Below, piece by piece: positions 49,777-59,874 of a stretch of 64,000 bases of DNA. The first letter of the stretch is position 1. Every line of letters begins with the position of its first letter. The notes under the pieces were generated by a model. The model was not told the DNA's origin. It saw nothing but the letters and a program-made list of their open reading frames with translations, and made no database searches. The stretch is taken from positions 110,511-174,510 of IMG/VR virus record IMGVR_UViG_3300013102_000002; one strand, written 5' to 3'. The stretch is from a virus. Made by a program: the position numbers and the translations under genes.

Positions 49777-51036
49777 TTGTTAAATTTAATTACAAAACGT
49801 AATGGAGTAAGAGTGAATTTTGATGCAGAGAAAATCACAAATGCTATTAAAAAGGCAGGAGTTCAAACAGGAGAATTTGATACATCTGAAGCAAGAAAAT
49901 TGACTCAAGACGTTTTGGAATTAATAAAACTGAATGCGCATGAGGAATTGACCGTTGAGGATGTGCAAGATTACACTGAAATGATCTTGCTTAAGTCAGA
50001 ATACAAATTGACGGCAAAGGCATATATTATTTATCGTGAGAAACGGACTCAAGAAAGAAAGCCTGATATTTTCAAATTTCGTTTGAATTTGAAACCATAT
50101 GAATACCCTGAACTCATAGAGTTTAAAGAAGCAATTCAACATTCATACTGGCTTCACACCGAGTTCAATTACACCTCTGACATTCATGATTTCAAATTCA
50201 ACGTGGATGGCAGCGAAAGAAATGCGATTAAGAATGTTATGCTTGCTATTGCACAGGTTGAGGTTGCAGTTAAGACATTTTGGGGAGATATCTATCATCG
50301 TCTTCCAAAGCCAGAGGTTGGTGCAGTAGGACATACATTTGCAGAAAGCGAAGTTCGACATCATGACGCATATTCACATCTACTTGAAATTTTGGGGTTG
50401 AATGAGGAATTCGAGAAAATAAAAGAGATTCCTGCCCTTAGTCAGCGCGTAGAGTACTTGACAAAATCTGCTCAATTGGCACGTACTGGCGATAATAAAG
50501 ATTATGCCCTATCCATCCTATTGTTTTCTTTATTTATTGAACATGTGTCACTATTTTCTCAGTTTCTGATTATCATGTCATTCAATAAATATAAAAATAT
50601 TTTCAAGGGAATGTCTAATGTTATTGAAGCTACCTCAAAAGAGGAGCAGGTTCATGGACTATTTGGAATTGAACTTATTAACATTATTCGAAAAGAACAT
50701 CCAGAATGGTTTGATAAGCAACTTGAGAGCACAGTTTATCAAGCATGTCTCGATGCTTTTGACTCCGAAGGTATGGTAATAGATTGGATTTACGAATCAG
50801 GAGAATTAAGCTTCTTGTCAAAAGAAATAGTTAAAGAGTTTGTTAAGGATCGTCTTAATAACTCCTTGAAAAGTATTGGATATAAGCCTGCCTTTGATGT
50901 CAATGAGAAATCACTAGAAGAAACTGAATGGTTTAACTCAGAGATTCTTTCGACAAAACACGGTGACTTTTTCGTGAAACGTCAAATCAACTATACAAAA
51001 CGCACACGTAGCATTACTGGAGACGACTTGTTTTAA
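49777..51036 (+). CDS. nrdB: class I RNR beta subunit with N-terminal ATP cone (class Id-like)
   Basis: ITKRNG...F...KI..AI ATP cone; ferritin-fold ligands QVEVAVK, ESEVRH..AY, IEHVSLFSQF, KEEQVHG. Confidence 0.9.
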   Translation: MLNLITKRNGVRVNFDAEKITNAIKKAGVQTGEFDTSEARKLTQDVLELIKLNAHEELTVEDVQDYTEMILLKSEYKLTAKAYIIYREKRTQERKPDIFKFRLNLKPYEYPELIEFKEAIQHSYWLHTEFNYTSDIHDFKFNVDGSERNAIKNVMLAIAQVEVAVKTFWGDIYHRLPKPEVGAVGHTFAESEVRHHDAYSHLLEILGLNEEFEKIKEIPALSQRVEYLTKSAQLARTGDNKDYALSILLFSLFIEHVSLFSQFLIIMSFNKYKNIFKGMSNVIEATSKEEQVHGLFGIELINIIRKEHPEWFDKQLESTVYQACLDAFDSEGMVIDWIYESGELSFLSKEIVKEFVKDRLNNSLKSIGYKPAFDVNEKSLEETEWFNSEILSTKHGDFFVKRQINYTKRTRSITGDDLF

Positions 51037-51060
51037 TACATAAAAGGGGATTGATTAAAT

Positions 51061-52731
51061 ATGAAATGGTTAAATGAACACAGTAAAACTTTTTTGTCTC
51101 GCGGATATTTAACAGAAGGAGTTACAGCAGAACAGCGTATTCGTACAATCGCAGATGCGGCTGAGAATATTCTTAATATTGAAGGATTTGCTGATAAGTT
51201 TTATGGCTATATGGAGAAGGGATATTATTCACTATCTTCTCCTGTGTGGGCTAATTTTGGAATTGATAAGGGACTACCAATTAGTTGCTTCGGCTCTAAT
51301 ATTTCTGACAATATGGGAGACATTCTATACACAACCTCTGAAGTTGGAATGATGAGTAAATTTGGTGGAGGAACATCAGGATACTTTGGTAATCTTCGTC
51401 ATCGAGGAGCACCGATCAAAGACAATGGAGAGTCATCTGGAGCCGTTCATTTCATGAAGCTATTTGAATCAACTATGGATGTCGTTAGCCAAGGCTCTAC
51501 ACGCAGAGGCCGTTTTGCTCCATACCTACCCATTGATCATCCAGACATTGAAGAATTTTTGAAAATTGGAACCGAAGGCGACTCTATTCAAGAATTGACA
51601 CATGGAGTAATCGTAACAGATAAATGGATGACGGAAATGGTTGCTGGAGATTCCGGAAAGCGTGCTCTATGGGCAAAGGTAATTCAGAGACGCGTTGAGA
51701 TTGGATATCCGTATATCTTCTTTGATGATACGGTCAACAATAATACCGTTGATGTATATAAAGATAAAGGGTTGAAGATTTATGCGAGCAACCTTTGTAG
51801 CGAAGTATTATTGCCAAGTAATGATGAATGGTCATTTGTTTGCAACTTATCTTCAATGAATATTCTACATTATGATGAGTGGAAGGATACGGATGCAGTT
51901 AAAACGATGGTATTCTTCTTGGATGCAGTAATGACTGATTTCATTAATAAACTAGAAAAAATGCGTGATTCTAAGAATAGAGAAGATAATTTGGCATTCT
52001 TATTTATGGAGAAGACATACAAATTTGCAAAGGCTAATCGTGCATTGGGAGTGGGAGCATTAGGTTGGCACTCATACCTTCAGTCAAAAATGATTCCATT
52101 TGAAAGCCTGGAAGCAGCAAAGTTGAATTCTCGTATCTTTAGTTTGATTCAAAAGAGATCACATGAAGCATCAAAGGAATTAGCAACACTTTATGGTGAA
52201 CCAGAAGTTTTAAAAGGTTACAACAGACGAAATACAACATTAACTGCCATCGCGCCCACAACTTCTTCTGCATTTATTCTGGGTCAGGTTTCACAAAGTA
52301 TTGAGCCTATTTGGTCTAATTGTTATGTTAAAGACATTGCCAAAATCAAAGTAACAATCCAAAATCCATATCTAAAAGAAGTTCTGAAAACCTATGATAA
52401 GGACACAAAGGAAACCTGGAATAATATTCGAGATAATGATGGCTCCGTACAACATCTTGATTTTTTGAGTGATCATGAAAAAGAAGTATTCAAAACGTTT
52501 AGTGAAATTGATCAATACGTAATCCTAGATCAAGCTTCTACTCGACAATTGTTCTTAGATCAGAGTCAATCTCTAAACATCACAGTTAATCCGAAAATGT
52601 CAGCTAAACAGATTAACGAGCTATATTTATTTGCTTGGGAAAACAAGATTAAAACATTGTACTATCAGCACAGTACAAATGCTGCACAGCAGTTCAGCAA
52701 AGACAAACTATGTTCAAATTGTGAAGCATAA
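51061..52731 (+). CDS. nrdA: class I RNR alpha subunit (short, no ATP cone)
   Basis: LPISCF, GGGTS, SNLCSE, VCNLSS, AIAPTTSS, TLYY, C-terminal CSNCEA. Confidence 0.93.
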   Translation: MKWLNEHSKTFLSRGYLTEGVTAEQRIRTIADAAENILNIEGFADKFYGYMEKGYYSLSSPVWANFGIDKGLPISCFGSNISDNMGDILYTTSEVGMMSKFGGGTSGYFGNLRHRGAPIKDNGESSGAVHFMKLFESTMDVVSQGSTRRGRFAPYLPIDHPDIEEFLKIGTEGDSIQELTHGVIVTDKWMTEMVAGDSGKRALWAKVIQRRVEIGYPYIFFDDTVNNNTVDVYKDKGLKIYASNLCSEVLLPSNDEWSFVCNLSSMNILHYDEWKDTDAVKTMVFFLDAVMTDFINKLEKMRDSKNREDNLAFLFMEKTYKFAKANRALGVGALGWHSYLQSKMIPFESLEAAKLNSRIFSLIQKRSHEASKELATLYGEPEVLKGYNRRNTTLTAIAPTTSSAFILGQVSQSIEPIWSNCYVKDIAKIKVTIQNPYLKEVLKTYDKDTKETWNNIRDNDGSVQHLDFLSDHEKEVFKTFSEIDQYVILDQASTRQLFLDQSQSLNITVNPKMSAKQINELYLFAWENKIKTLYYQHSTNAAQQFSKDKLCSNCEA

Positions 52732-52751
52732 TATATTCGCATTTATAAAAT

Positions 52752-52775
52752 AGAGGGCAATAAAAGCCCTCTTAA
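52752..52775 (+). terminator. hairpin/terminator after nrdA
   Basis: AGAGGGC-AATAAAA-GCCCTCT. Confidence 0.55.
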
Positions 52776-52804
52776 TACCACTATAAGGGAGAAATCAATC
52801 AAAA

Positions 52805-53272
52805 ATGACAGACATGATAAAACAACCATTTCATGAAGAAATTAAGGTAAAAAAACTCAATGAACTAGCGGTTATTCCAGCATATCAAAGCGATGAGGCG
52901 GCAGGATTTGACTTCCATGTTGTAATTGAGGGCGAATCCATTGTTCTTGAACCAGGGAAGCGAGTGTTGCTTGGAACTGGATTGGCATTTCAAATTCCAA
53001 AAGGAAAAGAAATGCAATTACGTCCTCGTAGTGGCCTAGCATACAAGCATGGGATCACCGTTTTGAATAGTCCCGCAACAATTGATAGTGATTTTCGAGG
53101 GGAAGTTAAAGTGCTTCTCATCAACCACGGGCAAGAATCATTTACTATTAAACATGGTGAACGTATTGCTCAAGGGGTCATTGCTAATGTTCCACCAGTT
53201 AAACTTGTTGAAGTTGACGAGCTAGATGAAACAGAACGGGGATCTGGCGGGTTTGGTCATACGGGCAAGTAG
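52805..53272 (+). CDS. dut: trimeric dUTPase
   Basis: AAGFD, RPRSGLA, TIDSDFRGE, GERIAQ, RGSGGFGHTG. Confidence 0.95.
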   Translation: MTDMIKQPFHEEIKVKKLNELAVIPAYQSDEAAGFDFHVVIEGESIVLEPGKRVLLGTGLAFQIPKGKEMQLRPRSGLAYKHGITVLNSPATIDSDFRGEVKVLLINHGQESFTIKHGERIAQGVIANVPPVKLVEVDELDETERGSGGFGHTGK

Positions 53273-53287
53273 CCTATAGATATATCT

Positions 53288-53312
53288 GGCGGTGGTTAAT
53301 CCATCGCCTTTT
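53288..53312 (+). terminator. probable terminator after dut
   Basis: GGCGGTGG-TTAAT-CCATCGCC-TTTT. Confidence 0.65.
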
Positions 53313-53339
53313 AACTTACAAATTAAGGGAGGAAATAAA

Positions 53340-54203
53340 TTGAATAAACTAGATGAACAATACATTCAGCTTTGCAAAGACATTCTTGAAAATGGAGTAA
53401 GAAAAGAGGATAGAACTGGGACGGGAACACTTTCAGTGTTTGGACGGGAAATCAGAATTAATCTTCAGGAAGGATTCCCTTTGCTTACAACCAAGAAAAT
53501 TCATCTGAAATCAGTGATTCATGAACTGCTATGGTTTTTAAAGGGAGAAACCAATATAAAATACCTTAAAGATAATGGGGTTACAATATGGGATGCTTGG
53601 GCGGATAGACATGGAAACCTGGGTCCAGTGTATGGATCTCAGTGGGTTAATTGGGAATCAAAATATGAAGATACTGATTGGGGATATGATGGAGAGGATG
53701 AATATTCGTACTCCATAGTATCATCAGAATATACAAATCAGATTCAGGATGTTGTCAATTCAATCAAAAACAATCCAGATTCCCGTAGACACCTTGTTTC
53801 GGCTTGGAATGTTGGAGAAATTAAAAACATGAAATTACCGCCGTGTCACTATGCCTTTCAATTTTATGTAGCAAATAATAAACTATCTTGCAAATTTAAT
53901 ATGCGCAGCACAGATGTATTCTTGGGATTACCATTCAATATTGCAAGTTACGCGCTATTAACTATGATGATTGCTCAAGTATGTGATTTAGAGCTTGGGG
54001 ATTTAATTTATTCAGGTGGAGATGTACACATTTACACTAATCACCTCGATCAAGTCAACCTTCAATTAACAAGAGAACCAAAAGAACTGCCTAAGATGTT
54101 TATTAATTCAAATATTAAAGATATATTTTCATTTAGGTATGAAGATTTTATCATTGATGGCTATGATCCACATCCACCAATCAAGGGAACCGTTGCTATA
54201 TGA
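53340..54203 (+). CDS. thyA: thymidylate synthase
   Basis: DRTGTGT, ELLWFL.G, LGPVYG.QW, PDSRR, LPPCH, GLPFN, HIY.NH; TTG start after GGGAGG. Confidence 0.97.
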   Translation: MNKLDEQYIQLCKDILENGVRKEDRTGTGTLSVFGREIRINLQEGFPLLTTKKIHLKSVIHELLWFLKGETNIKYLKDNGVTIWDAWADRHGNLGPVYGSQWVNWESKYEDTDWGYDGEDEYSYSIVSSEYTNQIQDVVNSIKNNPDSRRHLVSAWNVGEIKNMKLPPCHYAFQFYVANNKLSCKFNMRSTDVFLGLPFNIASYALLTMMIAQVCDLELGDLIYSGGDVHIYTNHLDQVNLQLTREPKELPKMFINSNIKDIFSFRYEDFIIDGYDPHPPIKGTVAI

Positions 54204-54706
54204 CCTACCCATTAACAATCATTGTAGCTATGGATAAAAATGGTCTTATTGGTTCTAATAACAAGCTTCCCTGGCACATTTCAGCAGACTTAAATTTCTT
54301 CAAATCAACGACTCAATACAATAATGTAGTTATGGGTAGATCAACGTTTGAATCAATTGGCAAACCACTTCCCAAACGAACAAATATCATCCTAACTTCA
54401 CAAAAAGATTACCCTGTTCCACCTGATGGATATGTTTATGATCATATAGATGATGTATTGGTTCATTCATTTGTCGATGAACTCAGATCGACCTACATTA
54501 TTGGCGGGTCATCAATTTATTCACAATTCCTTCCTCATGTTGAGAATATGATTATTACTCACATTGATGCAGAGTTTGAAGGAGATACTCATTTCCCTGA
54601 ATACGATAAATCAGAATGGGAATGTGTCCATGAAAGATATATTCCCAAAGGTCAAGATACTGATTACAACTTAACAACAACACGTTACCGAAGATTTAAT
54701 AAATAA
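54200..54706 (+). CDS. dfrA: dihydrofolate reductase
   Basis: [41 protein letters not shown]. Confidence 0.95.
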   Translation: MTYPLTIIVAMDKNGLIGSNNKLPWHISADLNFFKSTTQYNNVVMGRSTFESIGKPLPKRTNIILTSQKDYPVPPDGYVYDHIDDVLVHSFVDELRSTYIIGGSSIYSQFLPHVENMIITHIDAEFEGDTHFPEYDKSEWECVHERYIPKGQDTDYNLTTTRYRRFNK

Positions 54707-54738
54707 ATATATACAAACATAATTAAGTATGTTATGAT
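54695..54738 (+). promoter_or_regulatory. sigma-A-like promoter with upstream box
   Basis: TATACA(54710)-17-TATGAT(54733), extended TG. Confidence 0.7.
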
Positions 54739-54795
54739 GAGTACAGGTTAAGAAACACGCCTGTACTTTATTTTATTTCAAGGGAGACGATACAT

Positions 54796-55068
54796 ATTAA
54801 AAAGGAATCTAAAGAAAAACAAAAACTCAACTCAGATGTTCAAGCAATCCTATCGCTTTGTTGGGGAGAAAACGATGAACGCAGATGCACAAGTTTTATT
54901 GTCGATGGTAAGCATGAGTACACAACAAGAAACGGTTTGAGTTTTAAGCCCACAAACAATACATATGAAGAACTTGTACGTTATCAAGAAGATGAAAACA
55001 GCAGACCAATCAAACTTTATCGTAATGGAGATTATGTAAATATCACTGGAGGAGTGATTATTAAATGA
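54796..55068 (+). CDS. hypothetical protein (90 aa, ATT start; missing from the ORF track)
   Basis: GGGAGA SD, then an open frame IKKESKEKQK...GGVIIK*. Confidence 0.55.
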   Translation: MKKESKEKQKLNSDVQAILSLCWGENDERRCTSFIVDGKHEYTTRNGLSFKPTNNTYEELVRYQEDENSRPIKLYRNGDYVNITGGVIIK

Positions 55069-55224
55069 TTAAATATTTGCGGAAAATCAAAACAAATGTC
55101 ATTATTCGTTTATTCTGGTCAAATTCATTCGATTCAATTAGAAGACATCATTACAAAATGGCTTATGATCAAGGTAAATTTGATGCTGTTATTACTCGTC
55201 ACTATGAACTCATGGAGGGAACGT

Positions 55225-55590
55225 ATGAAAATTAATCAATATGTAATAGATAAATATATGGAGATTTGTCCTGTGAGTACAATGAAATGTGATACATATG
55301 AAGAGATTAAATACAAAATTAAACGCGCTGTCGATTTGGGCAAAGTAGTATATACATATCCTTGCAGAGTAATTCAGTATTATAACTTGAGATTCACAGT
55401 TGAGGTTGGAGATAAAGAAAACACGGTTATTGATATGGAAAAGAATGATGATTATTATCAAGTCGATGAATACCAGAAATTTGCACATGAATGTAAATAT
55501 TACAATGCGACTATTTGTGATTTTGACTATCAAGATGGAGAAGCATCAAAAGAAGAAATTTTGAATATCTTAGGAAAAAAATTCTTTTAA
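55225..55590 (+). CDS. hypothetical protein
   Basis: GGAGG SD. Confidence 0.65.
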   Translation: MKINQYVIDKYMEICPVSTMKCDTYEEIKYKIKRAVDLGKVVYTYPCRVIQYYNLRFTVEVGDKENTVIDMEKNDDYYQVDEYQKFAHECKYYNATICDFDYQDGEASKEEILNILGKKFF

Positions 55591-55608
55591 TAAAGGGAGA
55601 TAAAATAA

Positions 55609-56049
55609 ATGACACCAGAACGGATTAAACACTTTAAACGACTTCATATTCAAAAACACCACAATTGTGATTCATATCTTACCGTAGGAGACTTTAACTC
55701 ATTGCTGGCCGATCTAGAAGAGACACAACAACGACTAGCAGAAGAAAAGAGATGGCGTACAGCAGAACATGAAGTAGCTGCTGGATATCACCGTGAGCTG
55801 GTTGAGGCACAACAGACCATAGCCCAGAAACAACAGATGATTGATGCAGCATTATCTTGGACATGGAATTGCGGAGAAGCGAACATGCTTGAGGTTATCG
55901 CAGCGTTGAAAGGCAAAGAACAAATTGTACTCACATATTCAAACTGTCCTATATGTAATAGTAATAATACACTGGCACACCCAAATAAAGCGGGAATATG
56001 GCTATGTGTACCTTGTGATAAGGTATTTGAGGATGGTGAGACTACATGA
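55609..56049 (+). CDS. hypothetical coiled-coil plus zinc-ribbon protein
   Basis: CPIC...CVPC. Confidence 0.7.
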   Translation: MTPERIKHFKRLHIQKHHNCDSYLTVGDFNSLLADLEETQQRLAEEKRWRTAEHEVAAGYHRELVEAQQTIAQKQQMIDAALSWTWNCGEANMLEVIAALKGKEQIVLTYSNCPICNSNNTLAHPNKAGIWLCVPCDKVFEDGETT

Positions 56050-56342
56050 CATATGTACAGACAATGACGGATCGTGATTTAAATGTAGAAATCGCAGAAT
56101 TATTAGATTATCCACAGAATAGATTTGTCCCAAACTATTGCGTTGATATTTTAGCATCTCAAGAGTTGCAAGCAAAAGCAATGGAAATAAATTATGCTGA
56201 CTATATTGAAAAACTTGCAGAAATTGTTAATCCATTTGAACTTTGGACTTATGAGGGTATAGCATCTCTTTTATTAGCTAAACCACGAGCAATAGCAGAA
56301 GCATCCTATACCATCTTGAAAGAAAAGCATAGAAAGGAATAA
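56046..56342 (+). CDS. ABA-sandwich-like protein, distant paralog of 14548-14910
   Basis: LNVEIAELL...NYC.DI.AS.EL...A.PRAIAEA. Confidence 0.6.
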   Translation: MTYVQTMTDRDLNVEIAELLDYPQNRFVPNYCVDILASQELQAKAMEINYADYIEKLAEIVNPFELWTYEGIASLLLAKPRAIAEASYTILKEKHRKE

Positions 56343-56353
56343 TTCTCCATAAA

Positions 56354-56412
56354 AAAACCCTTTAAAATCAACGTTATTTTAAGCAAAAAACTTCATGAAA
56401 GGCGAGTTTTAT
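56354..56412. repeat. composite site (accessory palindrome plus core repeat)
   Basis: AAAACCCTTTAAAATCAACGT, 20 bp, ATGAAA ggcgag TTTTAT. Confidence 0.75.
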
Positions 56413-56439
56413 CAAAATATAAAAATGGGAGTGGCATAA

Positions 56440-56811
56440 ATGATTAACAAAGAAATTATTGAACTTTATCACAAACATCACAATGGAATTGAGAAATTTA
56501 TTGAAAGTATAATTTCTTTTTATGGAGATATTGATGGTAAGTACTATGAAATCTCCAGCGTCGATGCTGTTTACGGAGGACTCAACATCAAGGTAAGTCA
56601 TTACATAAATAGTTGGGGAGATGAATATTTTGAGAAATTCATTCCTCTGTCACTCCTTTGTGATCAAGATCAATATGATGATCTCCAAAGCAAAGCTGAA
56701 GAAAGTGTAATCAAAAGAAATCAATTGAAAAATGAAAAAGATAAGGAAGAACTTCAGAAAAAGCTAGATGAAGCAAAGGATTTTCTTGAAAAGCATAGCA
56801 ATATCATTTAA
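56440..56811 (+). CDS. hypothetical protein
   Basis: Between sites 56395 and 56808. Confidence 0.7.
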   Translation: MINKEIIELYHKHHNGIEKFIESIISFYGDIDGKYYEISSVDAVYGGLNIKVSHYINSWGDEYFEKFIPLSLLCDQDQYDDLQSKAEESVIKRNQLKNEKDKEELQKKLDEAKDFLEKHSNII

Positions 56812-56854
56812 AATACCTGTTTTATCTGAAATTCAATCAAAAGGAGGATACAAA

Positions 56855-57178
56855 ATGAACGTCTATAAAATTAGCAAATATTATATTGCCGCAGAAAAAC
56901 CAGAGCAAGCATATTGTAAATGGGCTGATGAAAGCAGTGAATTGGATTTTTTGTTTGACTTGTCTAATATTGAAGAAGATGGGGAATGGACTGAAGAAAT
57001 TACAATTAAACGCCTCACTACCGAACAAATTAATTACAACGCAGTTCCATGTTGCGATGGAAATAGTGATTGTGATAAGTGCGACGAATTAGAAGATCAT
57101 ATTTACTCGACCTTCCAAGAAGTTATTGAGTCAAAAAGAGAAGATGAATTCCCGTGCATAATCGCAATTGAAGAATAG
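56855..57178 (+). CDS. hypothetical acidic Cys-containing protein
   Basis: AAGGAGG SD after site 56808. Confidence 0.7.
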   Translation: MNVYKISKYYIAAEKPEQAYCKWADESSELDFLFDLSNIEEDGEWTEEITIKRLTTEQINYNAVPCCDGNSDCDKCDELEDHIYSTFQEVIESKREDEFPCIIAIEE

Positions 57179-57429
57179 GTTTATCTTAATAAAAAAATAA
57201 AAACTGGTTTATTGAAAAAATACATTCAAGGAGCTAAAGAAATGATTATTGTATTGTTATTGATTCAAATTGTTTTACTAGTCATTTGTGTTATGGGGTT
57301 TATAGGAAAGTTAAAAAAGTATAAATATGAAAATGTTATTTCAATATCAGTGATTTGTTTAAGCCTTATCATAACGTTCTTTATCTTCATATCATAGAAT
57401 TACTTAATTATCAGAAAGGAGAATACCAA

Positions 57430-57633
57430 ATGTTACTCAGCATAATATTCGGATGGCTAATCCCATGCTATCTATACATAGGAATGTTCACGCTGCTAAT
57501 CGGAATGATCATCGATGGTATTTCAGAATTTGGGTGGAAGCAAACAGCACAATTTATTCTTGCTTGGCCTGTGATTTGGTTCGTGGTTGTATTGCTTAAA
57601 CATGATATGTATAAAAATAAGAAGGGGAGATAA
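57430..57633 (+). CDS. small membrane protein
   Basis: AAGGAG SD; two hydrophobic segments. Confidence 0.6.
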   Translation: MLLSIIFGWLIPCYLYIGMFTLLIGMIIDGISEFGWKQTAQFILAWPVIWFVVVLLKHDMYKNKKGR

Positions 57634-57636
57634 TAA

Positions 57637-58752
57637 TTGAGTAAATATGAGTTAAGCTTATCTAAAGAATACGTTCCTGATTGGACAGTCGTTGATGCTG
57701 TTCGTGAATTATTCCAAAACGCTCTAGATCAGCAAACAACAACTGAAGATAACGCAATGTTCTTTAATTATGATGAACAGAATGAAACATTATACATAGG
57801 CAATAAGTCATCTGTGCTCGATGTAAAAACATTACTACTTGGTTCATCAACTAAACGCGATGATCCGAACACTATTGGTCAATTTGGTGAGGGCTATAAA
57901 ATTGCAACATTGGTACTAACCAGATTGAATAAGAAAGTTACGTTCTTTAATTATGGGGCAAAGGAGGTTTGGGAGCCTCGATTCGTAAAATCAAGACGAT
58001 ACAACGGAGAGGAAATACTAACTTTCTTCGTGGACAAGAAATATCCCTGGACTAAGATTCCAGATAACAATCTCACAATCACCATTGAAGGTATTAATCC
58101 TCATGACTACGAACAGATTGTAGAATCAAATCTACATCTTCAGGATGTTGGGAAAGTAATTGAGAGTACATACGGACGGATTCTTGAAGACGAACGATTC
58201 AAGACGAAAGTATTTGTCAATGGTTTATATGTGTGTAGCTATGGCGAGTATACGCAGGGATATGACTTTAAACCACAATACATCAAGATTGACCGCGATA
58301 GAAAACTTGCAGATTCATTTGAGTTGAAGTGGTTGTCGTCAAAAATGTTGGGTGGAGTTGAATCTGATAAGACGCTTGATTTAATCAAACAAGGATCTGC
58401 GGACACAGCCTTTATCCATCATAACTGGCAAAATACCAGCACTAGAAAATATGTATCAAATAAGGCACATGACGATTTTAAAAACGAGTATGGAGACAAT
58501 GCTATTCCGGTAATCAACCAAGAAGAATTTTCAAGGGTAAGTAGCACAGGCATTTATAATCCAGTATTCGTAAATGAGACCTATAGCAGCACAATCAAAT
58601 CCAGTGAGAATTATGAAATGCCTATTTATGAGACCAAAAGCAATCAATCAACTAAATCTAAACTGGAGCAATGGTTAAACAATCACAGACAGAATCTTAC
58701 TAAGCGTTCAATCAAGAAATTGCAATATATTATTGAAGAGGTTACAGACTAA
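57637..58752 (+). CDS. GHKL (HATPase_c-like) ATPase domain protein
   Basis: AVRELFQNALD N-box, LLLG.STK, IGQFGEGYK. Confidence 0.8.
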   Translation: MSKYELSLSKEYVPDWTVVDAVRELFQNALDQQTTTEDNAMFFNYDEQNETLYIGNKSSVLDVKTLLLGSSTKRDDPNTIGQFGEGYKIATLVLTRLNKKVTFFNYGAKEVWEPRFVKSRRYNGEEILTFFVDKKYPWTKIPDNNLTITIEGINPHDYEQIVESNLHLQDVGKVIESTYGRILEDERFKTKVFVNGLYVCSYGEYTQGYDFKPQYIKIDRDRKLADSFELKWLSSKMLGGVESDKTLDLIKQGSADTAFIHHNWQNTSTRKYVSNKAHDDFKNEYGDNAIPVINQEEFSRVSSTGIYNPVFVNETYSSTIKSSENYEMPIYETKSNQSTKSKLEQWLNNHRQNLTKRSIKKLQYIIEEVTD

Positions 58753-58796
58753 CCTCATGAAAACTATGTTTTATTTAAAAAATTATTCAAAGTTTA

Positions 58797-58840
58797 TTTA
58801 ATGAATAAATATATACAAACGTAATAAGAAGGTGTATAAT
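58797..58840 (+). promoter_or_regulatory. sigma-A-like promoter with upstream box
   Basis: TATACA(58812)-17-TATAAT(58835). Confidence 0.7.
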
Positions 58841-58967
58841 AAATTTACAAACAAAAAAGTAGCTCTCCCCGACCAAGGTTTAGGCTACTTTTCGTGAAAC
58901 ACCTATAAAAATTTGAAGCCGTTATTGTATCTTAATAATAACCCATCTATAGATATGAGTCAAATAT

Positions 58968-59183
58968 TCAGTCAGGATCATCATCAGGTATATACTCAAT
59001 AATATCTTCAAGTTTACAGTTCAATGCATTGCAAATAATATTAAGTGTCTCAAACTTAATACCGTCCGTTTCTTCATTATAAATCTTTGTTATTCCATTC
59101 CTATGCAACTTGGTCATTCTGGATAATTCAGCAATACTTATTCTTTTTTCTCCCATAACACGAGATAGACGAATTTTAATCAT
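58968..59183 (-). CDS. Xre/Cro-like HTH transcriptional regulator
   Basis: ISIAELSRMTKLHRNGITKIYN...IKFETL..IC.AL.C...DI. Confidence 0.85.
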   Translation of the reverse strand: MIKIRLSRVMGEKRISIAELSRMTKLHRNGITKIYNEETDGIKFETLNIICNALNCKLEDIIEYIPDDDPD

Positions 59184-59222
59184 GGATTGTCCCTCATTTA
59201 AACTATATAGCCACATTATAGC

Positions 59223-59420
59223 ATGAAGGAGGAATCATTTATAAACAAATTCACAGTTACAGCAGCAATAACACTCTGGTTTATCATTATATACATATAC
59301 TCAATTTTAACCGACTCGCCAAAAAGTAATGGATGGTTATGCATAACATTAGCATTCATAATCCTGACTATAGACTCATATATAAAGTTACACAAGAAGC
59401 AACGACAGCATGAGAAGTAA
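59223..59420 (+). CDS. small two-TM membrane protein
   Basis: Two hydrophobic helices; start uncertain. Confidence 0.55.
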   Translation: MKEESFINKFTVTAAITLWFIIIYIYSILTDSPKSNGWLCITLAFIILTIDSYIKLHKKQRQHEK

Positions 59421-59443
59421 TTAACTCTTAGGAGGAATTACAC

Positions 59444-59680
59444 TTGATAATAAAAATAATAAGTGCAAAAGATGGTCATTGGTACAAAGATGCAGTAGGA
59501 TTTAATTTTGATGCTGAATTAAAAATTAACTCTAAATTCCAAACAAGATACTATCAACTGCTAAACACAAAAAGGAATCAATCCTACTTTGTAGATGATG
59601 AGTTTGAGTTATTGTTTTTATTGTCTGGATGTAAAGGTGTTGAATATAAAGATGCAATGAGGACATGGGAGGAGGAATAA
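59444..59680 (+). CDS. hypothetical protein
   Basis: AGGAGG SD. Confidence 0.6.
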   Translation: MIIKIISAKDGHWYKDAVGFNFDAELKINSKFQTRYYQLLNTKRNQSYFVDDEFELLFLLSGCKGVEYKDAMRTWEEE

Positions 59681-59874
59681 ATATGGAACAAGAATGCACT
59701 AACGGATGTGGAAAATTAGAGAGTGTGCGTGGTCATATTGAGACAAATGATGGACGTACATATTTTAAGGTGGACATTATATATTGTCCAGATTGCTTAT
59801 ACATTGAGTATGTGGATGCAAATTTATAAGTTGATAAATGGCTGCTTTTATCAAAATACAGAAGGAGAGGTATC

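Noticed and set aside
53655-53735. Acidic insertion in ThyA as a sign of a base-modifying (hydroxymethylase-like) enzyme
   Set aside because: It lies in a known variable loop. The catalytic PCH and the dUMP-specifying Asn (GLPFN) are canonical and DHFR is adjacent, so it is most simply an ordinary ThyA.
57167-57213. Possible extra core-repeat copies here and near 3900, 6104, 8245, 14000 and 61570
   Set aside because: Too degenerate or with a 5-bp spacer; not distinguishable from AT-rich background, so left out of the count.
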